The notes below the pieces were generated by a model, which ran no database searches, had not been told where the DNA came from, and saw only the letters and a list, made by a program, of their open reading frames with translations. Of a stretch of DNA of 64,000 nucleotides, positions 38,101 to 51,800 are shown piece by piece. Within the stretch, counting starts at the first letter, position 1. The number at the start of each line of letters is the position of its first letter. This DNA comes from Octopus sinensis (lineage: Eukaryota): positions 75,206,001 to 75,270,000 of the forward strand of contig NC_043005.1 of NCBI RefSeq assembly GCF_006345805.1, given 5' to 3'. A program made the position numbers and the translations under genes.

Positions 38101-41100
38101 AAAAATAGAGAGCTAGCGCAATTGTTAGCACACTGGGCAAAATGCTTAGTGGTATATCATCTGTCTTTATGTTCTGAGATCAAATTCCACCGAGGTCACC
38201 TTTGCCTTTCATCCTTTCAGGGTTGATAAATTAAATACCAGCCAAGTACTGGGGTTGATGTGATTGACTTAACCCCCACCACAAATTTCAGGCCTTGTGC
38301 CTATAATAGAAAGGATTATTATCATTATTATTATTATTAGTAGTAGTAGTAGTAGTAGTAGCAGCAGCAGCAGCAACAGCAGTAGTAAAGGTAGAGGGCT
38401 AGCAGAACCATTAGCATGCCGGGCAAAATGCTTAGCGGTATTTTGCCAGTCGCTATGTTCTGTGTTCAAATTCCGCCGAGGTCGACTTTGCCTTTCATCC
38501 TTTCAGGGTTGATAAATTAAGTACCAGTTGTGTACTAGGGTCGATCTAATCGACTGGCGCCCTACCACCAAATTTCAGACCTTATGCCTATAACAGAAAG
38601 GACCATTATTATTATTATCATCATCATCATTATCATCATTATCATCATCATCATTATTATTATTATCATATATTAGACTTTTGCTTTGTATTCGTACAAG
38701 TTGGCTCTAAGTCTCATCCAGAGACCCCAAGAGACAACAAGCTGGAAGTTCATGTTGGTGTTATGCCGAGGGTGTCATATATTTAGTTTTGCACATAGTA
38801 TTGTTCTAGAGAATGTTTAAGAAAGCAAGAAAATTATGAGTTTGTTTTAAAATTTGAGATTACATAGACAGTATTTTACGTAGGATATGGGCACTTCCCA
38901 TGAGCACTATCTTTTAAATACCTGCCATTTTGGGGTTTTCTGGTATCTGAGCTAGGTAGCAATCAGCCCCTTTTATCATCATCATCATCATCATCATCAA
39001 CATCATCATCATCATCATTATTATCATTATTATTATTATTATTATTATTACTATTATTATTATTAACATCTTGAAGCAACTTCTGTTTTATTTTTGTTTC
39101 TAGAAACATGTACTGGTGGCAGTGTTTGGTCCGAATGTAGTAACCGCTGCCCAATAACATGTTTAGATGCTCGTCGAGAAGTCTGTGTTGAATCTGATGA
39201 ATGTATTCCTGGTTGCCATTGTCCAGCCGGTCAAGTACAGTTATTGGGACAATGTGTTCCTATAGATAAATGTCCTTGTTATAACATTGAAGGAATATCT
39301 GTTTTAAAGAATCTCAAAGCATCCAAGACACATCCTTGTCGAGAATGGTAAATAAGTTTTCATTATTTTTCTCTTGTTGTTTAATGTGAATCACATTTAT
39401 TTAATTTCTTCTTTCTTAGTTTAACTTTCACTTTCTATTTTACTGTAATTGTACAAATAGCTAGAGGGTTTATTCCTTTTTTTCTTACTCCGTTTATTGT
39501 TTTATTTAGTGAAAAGGCTTCTGATTTAAAATATTATATATTGGTGCTTGTGTAAGTTGTTGTGTACATAATCAGATTGATTTTGATTGTGCAGTTTATG
39601 GAAAGTCGCTGGCATTAGAACCCTCAAGCTGTAGACACCATCCCATTTATGTTTCTGTTTTATATAACCCTTTAGTACTTAAACTGACTATATCCAGCCC
39701 AAATCCTCAACTTGTTTTATGCTTAAACTGTGATTATAAAAGGTAGAAAACTATTCAAATATAAGTAAAGTAGAAGAAATCAAAAATAAACATTATTTTC
39801 CATCTTTACTGTTAATTTTGAAAAATAAAAATTTATTTAATGATTTATTATTGTTTATATTTTGAATTACATATATATGAGGGCACCAAAACCTTTTAAA
39901 TGTTTAGAGCTTCCATAGCTCTTAATCTGGCTCTGGCCTCACCTAAGCTTTGTAGAGCTTTGTAATGAATCAATAATTGCTCGGTCATTATCTTCTGATC
40001 CTAAAAAGAAGGGCCAGTTGTACCTGACCTAACCTATCTTTGACCAGATGTGAAACTTGCAAAACAAAAAAAATTTACAAGTAGATTTACTCTAACTTGT
40101 CTCTTATTTTATGCTAATTTGTCTAAGGTGGCAAGCTGGCAGAATCATTAGCACAAGAACAAAAGCATTTTTCCCATCTTTACTTTCTAAGTTCAAATCC
40201 CACCAGGGCCGACTTTGCCTTTCATCCTTTCAGTGATTGGAAGGTAGGGCTCACAATCAAGAGGTAGTGAGTTCAATTCCCAGAACAGGCTGTGTTGTGT
40301 TCTTTATTTTACATTGCTCCAGCTCATTCAGCTGTAGAAATGAGTTGCAATGTCACTGGTGCCAAGCTGCATTGGTCTTTGCCTTTCCCTTGAATAACAT
40401 TGGTAGCATGGGCGACTCCTGGTCATTCGTAAACAACCTTGCCTGGACTTATTTTTTGTAGGGGAACTTTCTAGGTGCAATCCCATGGTCATACATGACC
40501 AAAGGTTGGGGTCTTTACTTTTACTGGGATTAAAGTAACTGACTTAGCCGCTCCCACAAAATTTCTGGCCTTGTGCCAAAATCTGAAACCAATATGTCTT
40601 ACTAATTATTCTATTTGTCTATTAACAGCACATGCAGCAATAGTGGAAAGATTATATGTCAGGAAAAACCAAACTGTAAGGATAATGAATTTTAAAATCT
40701 CTATTATTATTATGAATTAATTGAATCTATATGACAATAGCACAAAAAAGAGAAAGTGCACATGACTAAAAAAAAAAACTTACATTTTGTTGTAGGTTGT
40801 TTGTGGTCTTCTTGGACTTCATGGGGAGGTTGCAGTACTTCTTGTGGAATTGGTAAAAGATTCAGATATACGTAAATATTATTGCTAACATTTGTTTTTA
40901 ACAAATTGTCCACCAAACTATCTTCAAAATTTTATGTAATTTCTCATGTTCTCTCTTCGCCTCTGTCCCTCCTTCTCTCTCTCTCTCTTCATCTCTTGCT
41001 CTTTATCTCTCTCTCTCCCCCCTTCCTTCTCTCTCTTATTTCTCTTTTGTGGGTTTTTTTAAAGTTTTACATTTCTTCCATCTAATAGCTTCCATATTTT

Positions 41101-44100
41101 GTAAGCAGTGTGTCTTGCAATTTGTTTAAATATAGTCTGCATCTCATTTAAAAATTTTCATTTAAATCATTTAACCAAAGCCGACCTGGTGTAGAGTGAG
41201 CATCTCATTGATGAGGTTGCAGATGGTGACAAAAGGTCTTCTACAAACTTAACTGATTGATCAATCAAACAATTAGTCAAATAACTGATTAATTAATTGG
41301 TTAAACAATTAACCAAATGACAAACAAAAGATGAAAAAAATGAAATAGAACCAGTGTATGTGTTTATTTTTGGCATAATATCCCTCTCAAGACAAAACAA
41401 AATTTAACTATTTATTTGCCTAAATTTAATGGACTGAAGAATTTCTTATTAATATGAAGTTAGCACAGATAATTCAAGCATAAATAAACGACTGTTTTGA
41501 TAGAATTAACAATTCTTCCATCTTTCTGACACCAATGAAATATCAACAAGTAAAATAAATCTCCTGAAGTGACATATTGATTTATTTTGACTGCGTGAAG
41601 AGCTAAATTTTATAGCAGAGTGCAGAAGACTATAGGTATAGGAGTGGCTGTGTGGTAAGTAGCTTGCTTACGAACCACATGGTTCTGGGTTTAGTCCCAC
41701 TGTGAGGCACCTTGGGCAAGTGTCTTCTACTATAGCCTCAGGCCGACCAAAATCTTGTGAGTGGATTTGGTAGACGGAAACTGAAAGAAGCCTGTCGTAT
41801 ATATGTGTATATATATGTGTGTGTATGTATGTGTGTGTGTAGGTTTGTGTGTCTGTGTTTGTCCCCACAACATCGCTTGACAACCAATATTGGTGTGTTT
41901 ATGTCCCCGTAACTTAGCAGGTCAGCAAAAGAGACCGATAGAGTAAGTACTAGGCTTACAAAGAATAAGTCCTGGGTTGATTTGCTCGACTAAAGGTGGT
42001 GTTCCAGCATGGCCACAGTCAAATGACTGAAACAAGTAAAAGAGTAAAAGAGTCGTTACTGAACTTTAGACCTTGAATGTACCCAAAAGAGACTAAATGC
42101 TATAAAATATTTAGTCCAGTTCTCCACCATTTAGGCCAGTGGTTTTCAACCATTTTGTTCCTATGGACCCTTTTAATCCCTATTTTACTTAGGTGGACCC
42201 TCATAACCATTTAATCTTTTTAAAATCCTATTATATTTCGATACTAGGTAGTGGGTAGCAATTTTCGTCACTACTTCAAGTAGTGACAACCCTGCCTGAC
42301 ACGAGTCCCGGGCTCAGCTGGCTCTAGCTGACAGTACCCGGTATGGGCCCTAGCCAGGGTTACGGAAAAGAGACAACCTTCAAAGAAATCTGGAGTGGAG
42401 CCACATAGGCAGTTTAGTGTTCAACTCAATACTCTTCCAGCAGCTCCTGCAACCAAACTGGTGCCAAACATAATGCTCTGCACTCCTTTGGACTACGTCA
42501 GCAAGGTCGAGAGAGGAATCCTGACGATTGGGCTACCCAGGATTTTCTTACATCTAGCCCAGGCCTGCACAAAACTGGAGAGGAAACAAAATGTAAAAAC
42601 CAGACTGGATTAGTTTATGCGCAACTCCATTGTCTCCTGAGACAAAAGGATGCCAACAATATTTTGATAATTAAATATGATTAGGAATTAAATATGATTA
42701 AAAATTGTTAAAATATTTTATGCATTGAAGAATTATAACCAATTTATTGAACAATAAATTTTAATAATAAAATCTTAAATGGACAACCATGGTTCATATG
42801 GACCCAGGTTGAGACCAACCATAGTTCATAATGATCCTAATATCATTCAGTAACTTAGAGATTACATGTTTAGGGATGGAGGATAAAGTTGTAGTTTAGA
42901 AGGAATGAACTGATTTCAATTGTTACCCAATGCTGATGCACAAAGTCCTTTCACTAGGAGCTTGTCTCTTGTTCTCTTGCACTTTATTCAATGTTGCCTA
43001 TAATTTACTATGATATATAGATACTGTATTTCAGCTAATGAAGATGAAATATTTGTGTAATTCAAACTATTTTGTATACTTGCATAAATATGTTTTAAAA
43101 AATGGCTATTATCTCATAATTTCATAACAATTACAAGACATGTAAATTTTCATTAAAAGAAATTTCTCCCCGTGTCTTAAGTGTCAAAATTATGGTAATA
43201 TTTATTGTCTCTTATAAAAATATTTCAATAGATAATTTAACTGGCACTCTGTCAGTGATGATGGCAAGGGTTCCTGTTGATCTGATCAACAGAACGGCCT
43301 ACTTGTAATATTAATGTGCAAGTAGCTGAGCTCTCCACAGACATGCGCACCCTTAATGTAGTTCTCAGGGAGACTCAGCATGACACCAAGTGTAACAAGG
43401 CTGGCCCTTTGAGTCATAGGTACAACTCATTTTTGTCACATGAGTGAACTAGATTAACATGAAATACCATAAATCCTCGACTATAATCCGCATTTTTCCC
43501 CAAAATTTAATGGTCAAAATCCCTAGTGCGTATTATACACGAGGTTAAAAATGAAAAATATTTTCTAAGCAATGTCCGAGTCTCTATTTGCTGTCCGGCA
43601 ATATTTATTCAAACACATTTTGTGATGTCAGGCACGAAAATACCTTAAGCTAAGCCTGAAAGCAATGAAGTCATAAAAGAATCATCCATAACTTGCAGTA
43701 AGCAACATTTATTAAACGTTATTACTGATATTTCTTTATTTTCTGCAAACAAAATGCACAAAAAAGTGACACGTTTACATTATGTTATATATACACTAAT
43801 AATAAAGGACGTTACCATATACAGTTTTATAAACCAAGGACGTTATATAGACCTCCTTGACTCAAGTTAGAGAAGGGGTGCATATTATACACAAGGTTTA
43901 GGTTTTTCAGAGTTACAGCCCCCTAAAAATCCCCTGCATATTATACTCAAGGGCAGACTATACTCGAGGATTTACGGTAAAGCATCTTGATTGTGTTGCT
44001 AGGAATTGAACTCATAATTGTAAGATTGTGAGCTGAATATCCTAACCACTGAGCTATGCAACTTCACGATATCATCATCACTATCATCGTCCTCATCATT

Positions 44101-47100
44101 TTATTTTATTTTTATTTATTTTTATTTTTGTATATCAGAACTCTTTTGGGAGGATCATCTTCTACCTGTAAATCACATGAATATGAATCAGATGCCTGTG
44201 AATTGAAAAAATGTCCTCCTGATTGTCAAATTGATGGCAAGTTTTATTACTACAATGAAAAAATTAGAGAAAATGATTGCCAAGTGTGGTAAGTCTCTGA
44301 TCATATATAATAATTTTACAATAACATCAGAATTAAAATATCTGAACTTTAACACTTTAGCATTTAAACCAACTATATCCAGCCCAAATATTCTGCCTGT
44401 TTTATGTTCAAACTGGCCTGATCCAGCCTTTCACACCTACCCTATAATGTCATTCTGAAAATAAACTTTCACATCATTGAAATTTTCAAGCTACAAGATA
44501 ACATATGATTAATTCAAAACAAATGTCAAAAATATAAGTAAAATATATTTACATCTTAGTTTTATGAATGGAAATTATACTATCCTGATAATATAATAAT
44601 AATCTGTTCTTCCAAACTTACCAATTTATCTTGCCTTTCTTTGAAATTCTTCATCACATTCATCACAAATTCTTCATTACTCCACACTCCATTTTAAAAT
44701 TGTTGTTTTTAAATTCTGCCCTCCTTTGGTAAGTCTGCTTCTCTATGGAATATCTTTCCATCCCTCTTAAATATTAGCCTCTAAGTTTTCAGGATTGTTA
44801 GTAGCAACACCAATCTTATTTAAATCTTAGCCTTATAAATCAAGAGACTTTCCCATAGATTATGGATAATATTCTACAGGGTGGTCTGAATGTCTTGTTA
44901 CCTCCTATATATTGTTTATTATTGTCATTATTATAATTATTTTTTGTTTTAGCATAGCCCCCCCCCCATGTAATGATTTGGGCCACCATATCGAGTGAGC
45001 ACCTGATAGGACCCTATCTTTTCGAGGGCACTATTAACCAGCAATCTTACTTGGACATGTCAGTTTTTACTGAGACATATGTATGTATGTATGTTATTGC
45101 TTACTGAGGTTAGATTATATTTCAAAGTTTCAATACAACTGCTCTCTTCTATAACAGTTCCACTGTAAACAAAACTCTTCACTTATGCCAGTTATTCAGG
45201 TTATTCTTTTAGATTAATAAATGATGGCTTGACTGGGTTTCTTTTTTTTTTTTTTTGCTTTTTACTTTTTTTTTACTTTTCGTTCCTGTAAACTTATAAA
45301 ATCTAAATTAAAGAATTTAACTTACAAATATGTTTCATCTAGTTACTGTAGAGAATCTGCAGAAAAATGTGAACCACTTCCATTCTCTAATGGTAAGTTT
45401 TTATCTTCATCTTTTGTAATAAAATATTAAGTTTCACCACTACCACCATCATCTCCACCACTACCATCAATACTACCACCACCACCACCAGGTGCTGTTA
45501 GATCTAAAACTTTTGGAAATATTATAATCATGCTAACTATGCTTACTTCTGATTTTATGTTAAGAAAATTTTGATATATATATATATATATATATATATA
45601 TTGAGTTTATAAGAGGTAATGGTGTCATTGAGACCCAAATGTATCAGGTAATGCTACAAAGTGCTATAGACAGACTATAGTTAAGTTCCAGGTTTGGTGA
45701 TTTTGTGAATAAGGGATTCAATGTTGGTCATATGTCAGCATTTGTATATAAAAATTTTTTGCATAATGGGATAAAAAGACCAAGGCTGTGTAGATATTAG
45801 AACATTTATACTTGGAATGAACAATTTTAAATACTGTTGGATTTTCCTAATAAGGTATTGGAATCTTACATATATACCATTCTGCCTAAAAAAATGGATC
45901 TACAAATTCAATATCCCTACATATCTCACATTTATTTTCTTTCCTCCACCTCACTCTCTATTTTGTATCCTATCTAAATTAATTATTACTTAACCATCCT
46001 CTCACACTGTCTCTGATGAAGGGATATAATTAATAAATATCCTTGGAAACAGCTGTAAGATCTTCTATCTATAAATGTTCTAATATCTATAAAGCCTTGG
46101 TTTTTTTTTATCTCATTACGCAAAAAATTCTTATATATATATATATATATATGTATATGATTTATAATTATAATTAAGGGTACCAAATAGTATCAGTGTT
46201 GCTAGAAATAAGAGTAGAAAAATACTCAACTAAGCCACAATATCACGGAAAATTCAATAAGCTGACAAAATCAATTTTGTCAGCTTCTTAATGTCAACCA
46301 CTTTGAGAATGTAATGGATGCTTTTACGTTCCACTGGCACAGGTGCCAGTTCAGGGGAGACCAGTATCTGCCACAATTACGATTTCACTTGGCTTGATGA
46401 ATCTTCTTCTCAAGTACAGCATATTGCCAAAGTCTTGGTTTGCAACACATATGATTCCTCTAATGGTTAGAGCTATAACAAGGAAGATTATCATTTCTTC
46501 ATAATATTTGGCGAGATTAGAAATTTGAGATTGAAATTAAGACATTATAAGGAAAACCATGCATAGAATTCACATATTTGATTTTTTTGTTATTTAATAT
46601 GAAGTTCTTAAAATATTTTTTTTATTCGTGGAATCTTCTAATTTCTAGCAACTGCTGGTTGGAGTGACTGGACCGAATGGAGTGGATGTACTCAAACATG
46701 CCAGGGTGGAATAAACTATCGGCTTCGTTATTGCAACAATCCTCTACCACGCTGTGGAGCAGCACCATGCAAGGGATTGCCCTTAGAACAGAAAACTTGT
46801 AATGAAAAGATAGCATGTAAGTATATTGTATGAATTGTCAGTTGATATAAAGAATTGTTTCGTATGAATAAGCATTAAATAAACATATCCTCTTTGTCAT
46901 CACCATCATCATCATTGTTTTATTGTTCACTCTTCTATGCTTGCATGAGTCAGATGGAATTTGCTGAAGCAGGCAAATTTTGTGGCCAGATGTCCTTTTA
47001 GTTACCAACTCTCATCCATTCCCACACAAGGTAAAATATTGTCCTCATTAGCTGGAACGTTTTTCACGGGAGACTGAAAACAAACAACATCACTTGTATG

Positions 47101-47139
47101 AGGGTGATGTTTGTTTACAACCATCACAAGTGTACACAC

Positions 47140-47198
<59 letters not shown>

Positions 47199-47200
47199 AG

Positions 47201-47231
<31 letters not shown>

Positions 47232-48787
47232 GGAGTGAACAAGAAGGTGTACAGCGGACACTTATTTTTTAATTGCTACAATTATTTCTGCACAACATAG
47301 TTCGTTCTCCAGCCGTACAGGTGCTTGGTTATGCAACTGCTTCCCTGCATTAGGAGATCTAGTTGTGTTTTCTTAGACAATATGCAAATATTTTATTGTC
47401 TCCGTAAGTTCAAAGTCTTGGCTTCAAGAACATCCTCTCTGTCTGTCGTGGCCTGAATTTAGTTGTAGTCACTGAGTTTATCAGGGTGTGTTGTTGCTGA
47501 AGGGCCACCGGCACAGGAGCCAGAGGAGGCTGGCAAATGGCCACGATTGGTTGGTGCTTTTTACGTGTCACCAACACAGATGCCAGTCAGGCGGCACTGG
47601 CATCAGCCACATTTGGATGGTGCTTTTTACATGCCACCAGCACGGGTATTATAACTACAATTTCTATTTGATTTTTATTTTGATGTTGATGTTGATGCAC
47701 TTGACTCAATAGGTCTCCTCAAGCACAGCGATATATATATAATACATTAAGTCAGCTTGAATCTTGCTTGGTTGCTTGATTGTTTGCTTGCAATGTTACC
47801 CAGTGAAACTGGCACATAATAGGAAAATACTATGAATTAAGTCGCCCCTGAAATATTAATATGAACGGAATAAAACAAGTTTTGCTTAACTCAGACAGAT
47901 GGTTTTTGAGATATTAGGGGTTTTCAGGGTATAAATACCCATAATGGTGCATAATGGGAAATAACTTAATTCTGAAAGAGAAGAAACTCTTACCTTTTGA
48001 TTAAACACAGAGACTTGACAATAAAAAAAATACAATTTGTTTCTTATCGTAAACATTTCTATTTTCACTTTTGTTAAACACAATATTTTAATCATTTAGA
48101 AATATTTTTAAGTGAATGTGATTTCAAAAATGTAAGTTGTTTGTACAGTAAGAATTTATATTTTAGCTTTCTTTAAACAGACAATATTTTAGTGTTTTTT
48201 AAAAATTATTTTCAAGTGAATACCATTGCAAAAATTTTATTTTGGCGTATTTAAAACAGATTTTAAAATGAAAATGACTTTAAAATATGGTAAATATTTT
48301 GTAAAAGACCTGTTCATAACCTTGGTGTGAAATAAATTTTTCTATAGGTTTTTTCGAGTGCATTTAACATATCTCACCTCCAAAGATTTGGCTGCAATTT
48401 CTAGCACACCCTGCTACCACATAACAGCTATTTGCAATAAAGGACCCAAAATAGCTGTTACATGGTAGCAGGGCATGCAAGAAATAGCAGCCAAATCTTT
48501 CCTTTTCTGGGGAAAGGAGCTGTTTATGTGTGATTTCATTGTCACATTTGTTAAAAGCATGTGAAATAACCTAGAAAAGAAAAAATAAAACCCATGAAAC
48601 AAAATTCCATTGGTGGGAAACTCAGAGTTTCCTGGTGACCCAACAGGTCATAGGTAGTGTAGTATATATATATACAAATGTGTATGTGTGTGTCCCCCTG
48701 AGCATTAGTACATGTATGGATGTATATGTGAATGAACATCATATATATATACATATATATATACATATATATATATATATATTATAT

Positions 48788-48822
<35 letters not shown>

Positions 48823-51800
48823 GATGAACTCTCCCATCAAGGATGATGTATGAACATTCAGATTTTGCCGAACAGCCTGCACACAGATGATTTGCTTATA
48901 GTGATCAAATGTTTGTGCTGTACATTAGCGCACTCCTTTCATTAAATTGATTATGCCTGAACAGGAACACAGTGTACCACACGTCAGGTCTTGAAGCGAT
49001 CGCAGTGCAATGTGAGATTAAATATTTGGCACAAGAACATAATGCATCACTTGGTCTAGGACGGAATCCAAAATCTTATTACTGCAAAACAAGCTCCTTA
49101 ACCACACAGCTGTGCCTCATTAAAATTCAGGAGACAAGTGAGCCTTTATTTATTTAAATCTTGCTTGTTCAAATGTCTCATTTCAGGCTTTGCTCCTTCC
49201 AATGCAACTGATACAAAGGGAAAGTGTCAAGGAGAATTGGAAGTTTATACAACTGAAGAATCTTGTGAAAGAACATGTGAAAATCGATTTGAAACTAATA
49301 TATTTGCATCATGTAAAAAGAAAAGTCACTGCATCTGTAAAGACGGTCATTACAGAAACCAAAATGACTGTATTCCAGGAACAAAGTGTGACATATGCCA
49401 TATTAATGGAACGGTTCATGAGGTAATACATTATTTTCTATATCATCATCATCATCATCACCATCATCACCATTTAGCATCTAGTTTTCATGTTGGTATG
49501 GGCTGGGTGGTTTGGCAAGGCACACTGAGATGCAGGGCAGTGATGAGCCCTGGTGTCAGCTTTGGCATGGTTTTTATGACTGGATGTTCTTCCTAACACC
49601 AACCACTTCACAGTGTGTACTGGTGCTTTTCTCATGTTAGTGTGCATTCTGTCACAGGTGGAGATAGTAGAAAATGATAATGTTTATATCATAAATGAAC
49701 AGAAAGTCTATCCAAAGCTAGGTTAGCTTTAGCTATATACACTGCAAAGCTTATTGTCTTAGGTGGAATTGTTTTTTATATCTGATGAGACAAAGTGAAG
49801 ATCTGAACTGTTTTAGTGGCTGTCACTGTTCACTGGTGGTGGACAACAGTGTATTGCATTAAACCTTGATTGGCAAGGCAGACCTGTCTGTCTGTATGAT
49901 GGGTCAATAAAAGTCTTTGATCTCAGAAGTGGAGTAATCAGCAATGTATCCAGCTAGAGACATACCTATTTCTTTACTACCCACAAGGGGCTAAACACAG
50001 AGGGGATAAACAAGGACAGACAAACAGATTAAGTCGATTATATCGACCCCGAAAGGATGAAAGGCAAAGTCGACCTCGGCGGAATTTGAACTCAGAATGT
50101 AACGGCAGACAAAATACGGCTATGCATTTCGCCCAGCGTGCTAACGCTTCTGCCAGCTCGCCGCCTTGGCTAGGGACATACCACTCCTTAAAAAATAATG
50201 TTTTTTTTTTGTAGTGGGTCTCAAGTCTCCCTTGGTTTTGCTACTGAATCATGTATACCATTGTACAATATATTTTTTGTGTGTTCACTTGTGGAAGTAA
50301 CAAAAGAAACAAACTTTAAAATAACAGTGAGGCTTTATTCCTTCATAAAGTGATACAGTGGATCAAGTAAGAAAAACTACGAACTTTGGTGGCTGTAGTT
50401 CATCCATCACTTGCATGATTCAGCTTGGGTTACATGTGCTTTATTATGTTATTTTTTTTCTCTGGTGAAAAACAGCAGGAAATCAGCATCACTCACCTTT
50501 ATGAAAATCATTCACCTGTCTTGTCTAAATAATTTCTCACACAAATTTATGGGAAAAGGTAAGCTCCAGAGCACATACTAATTAATTGTTTGAAAATGTA
50601 TTACATGCAATGTGATTGGACCTTCAATCCAAATCCCACACAATACTCAACCAATCATAGCACAGGACTAAAACTAATGTTCAAAACTCACATGATAGGT
50701 AAAACAACCAATCATTACAGATTAATGTGCTGAGCCTATAAAAGGCTGATTGTCTCCAATATGTGAGAATAGAAATCGATCTTGCTACATGTTAATAATA
50801 TTGTATTTTAAGCGGCAAGCTGGCTGAATTGTTAACCTGCCAGGCAAAATGCTTGGCAGAATTTCATGTTTTTACATTCTGAGTTCAAATTCTACCAGGA
50901 TCAACTTTGCCTTTCATCCTTGTGGGGTTAATTAAATAAGTACCAGTTGATCACTGGGGGTCGATTTTTGGCAAAAATTGCTGGCCTTGTGCCAAAATGT
51001 GAAACCAATAATATTGTAGTTTTCTATGAAGTATTTCCATCTATCAATGATTATATTGTATTAAATTTGATTTTGTAGCATGGCAGTATATGGGAGTCTT
51101 CAGCTGGTTGCGAAATATGTCAATGTGTGGGTGGTGAGGCTGTATGTAAAAGAATATGCCCGATACCAGAATGCAATGAGGTAAGTCTAAAATATTTCTA
51201 AAAGAATTAAGTTAATAATTAATAATTAGCAAGAGCACTCAGAGAGTTCAAACCTCTGCCAAGGCAACACCAACATCCTCTCAATGATTAGCTGGAGATG
51301 ATTTTTAAAATGAGAATATCTTAAATAAACTTGACTGCTCTCACAAATGAGAATACTAAAAATGAACCCGACTGCTCTCAAAAATTAAGTAAAAAAAACA
51401 GGAAAATGTAATCCAGAATCCTTGTCCAGAACTGGATCGATCCCAAAATCTAATCAGTTTGTGCCAGTTATGAGGTGAAGCGTCCTTGAAAGTGGGTCTT
51501 GAGATATGTTGTCCACGGACAGACAAACAAACAAACAAAGAACCATGACTGAAACAATACCTCTGCCTTCGCTAAGGCAGAGGTAATAACAGGCACTGGC
51601 ATGTTGTTAGTTTTGACCATGAAGGTTCCGGTTGATCTGATCAATGGAACAGCCTGCTTGTGAAATTAACATGTAAGTGGCTGAGCACTCCACAGGCATG
51701 TACCCATAACATAGTTCTCAGGGAGATTCAGTGTGACTCAGAATGTGACAAGGCTGGCCCACTGAATTACAGGTACAACTCATTTTTGACAGCTGAGTGG

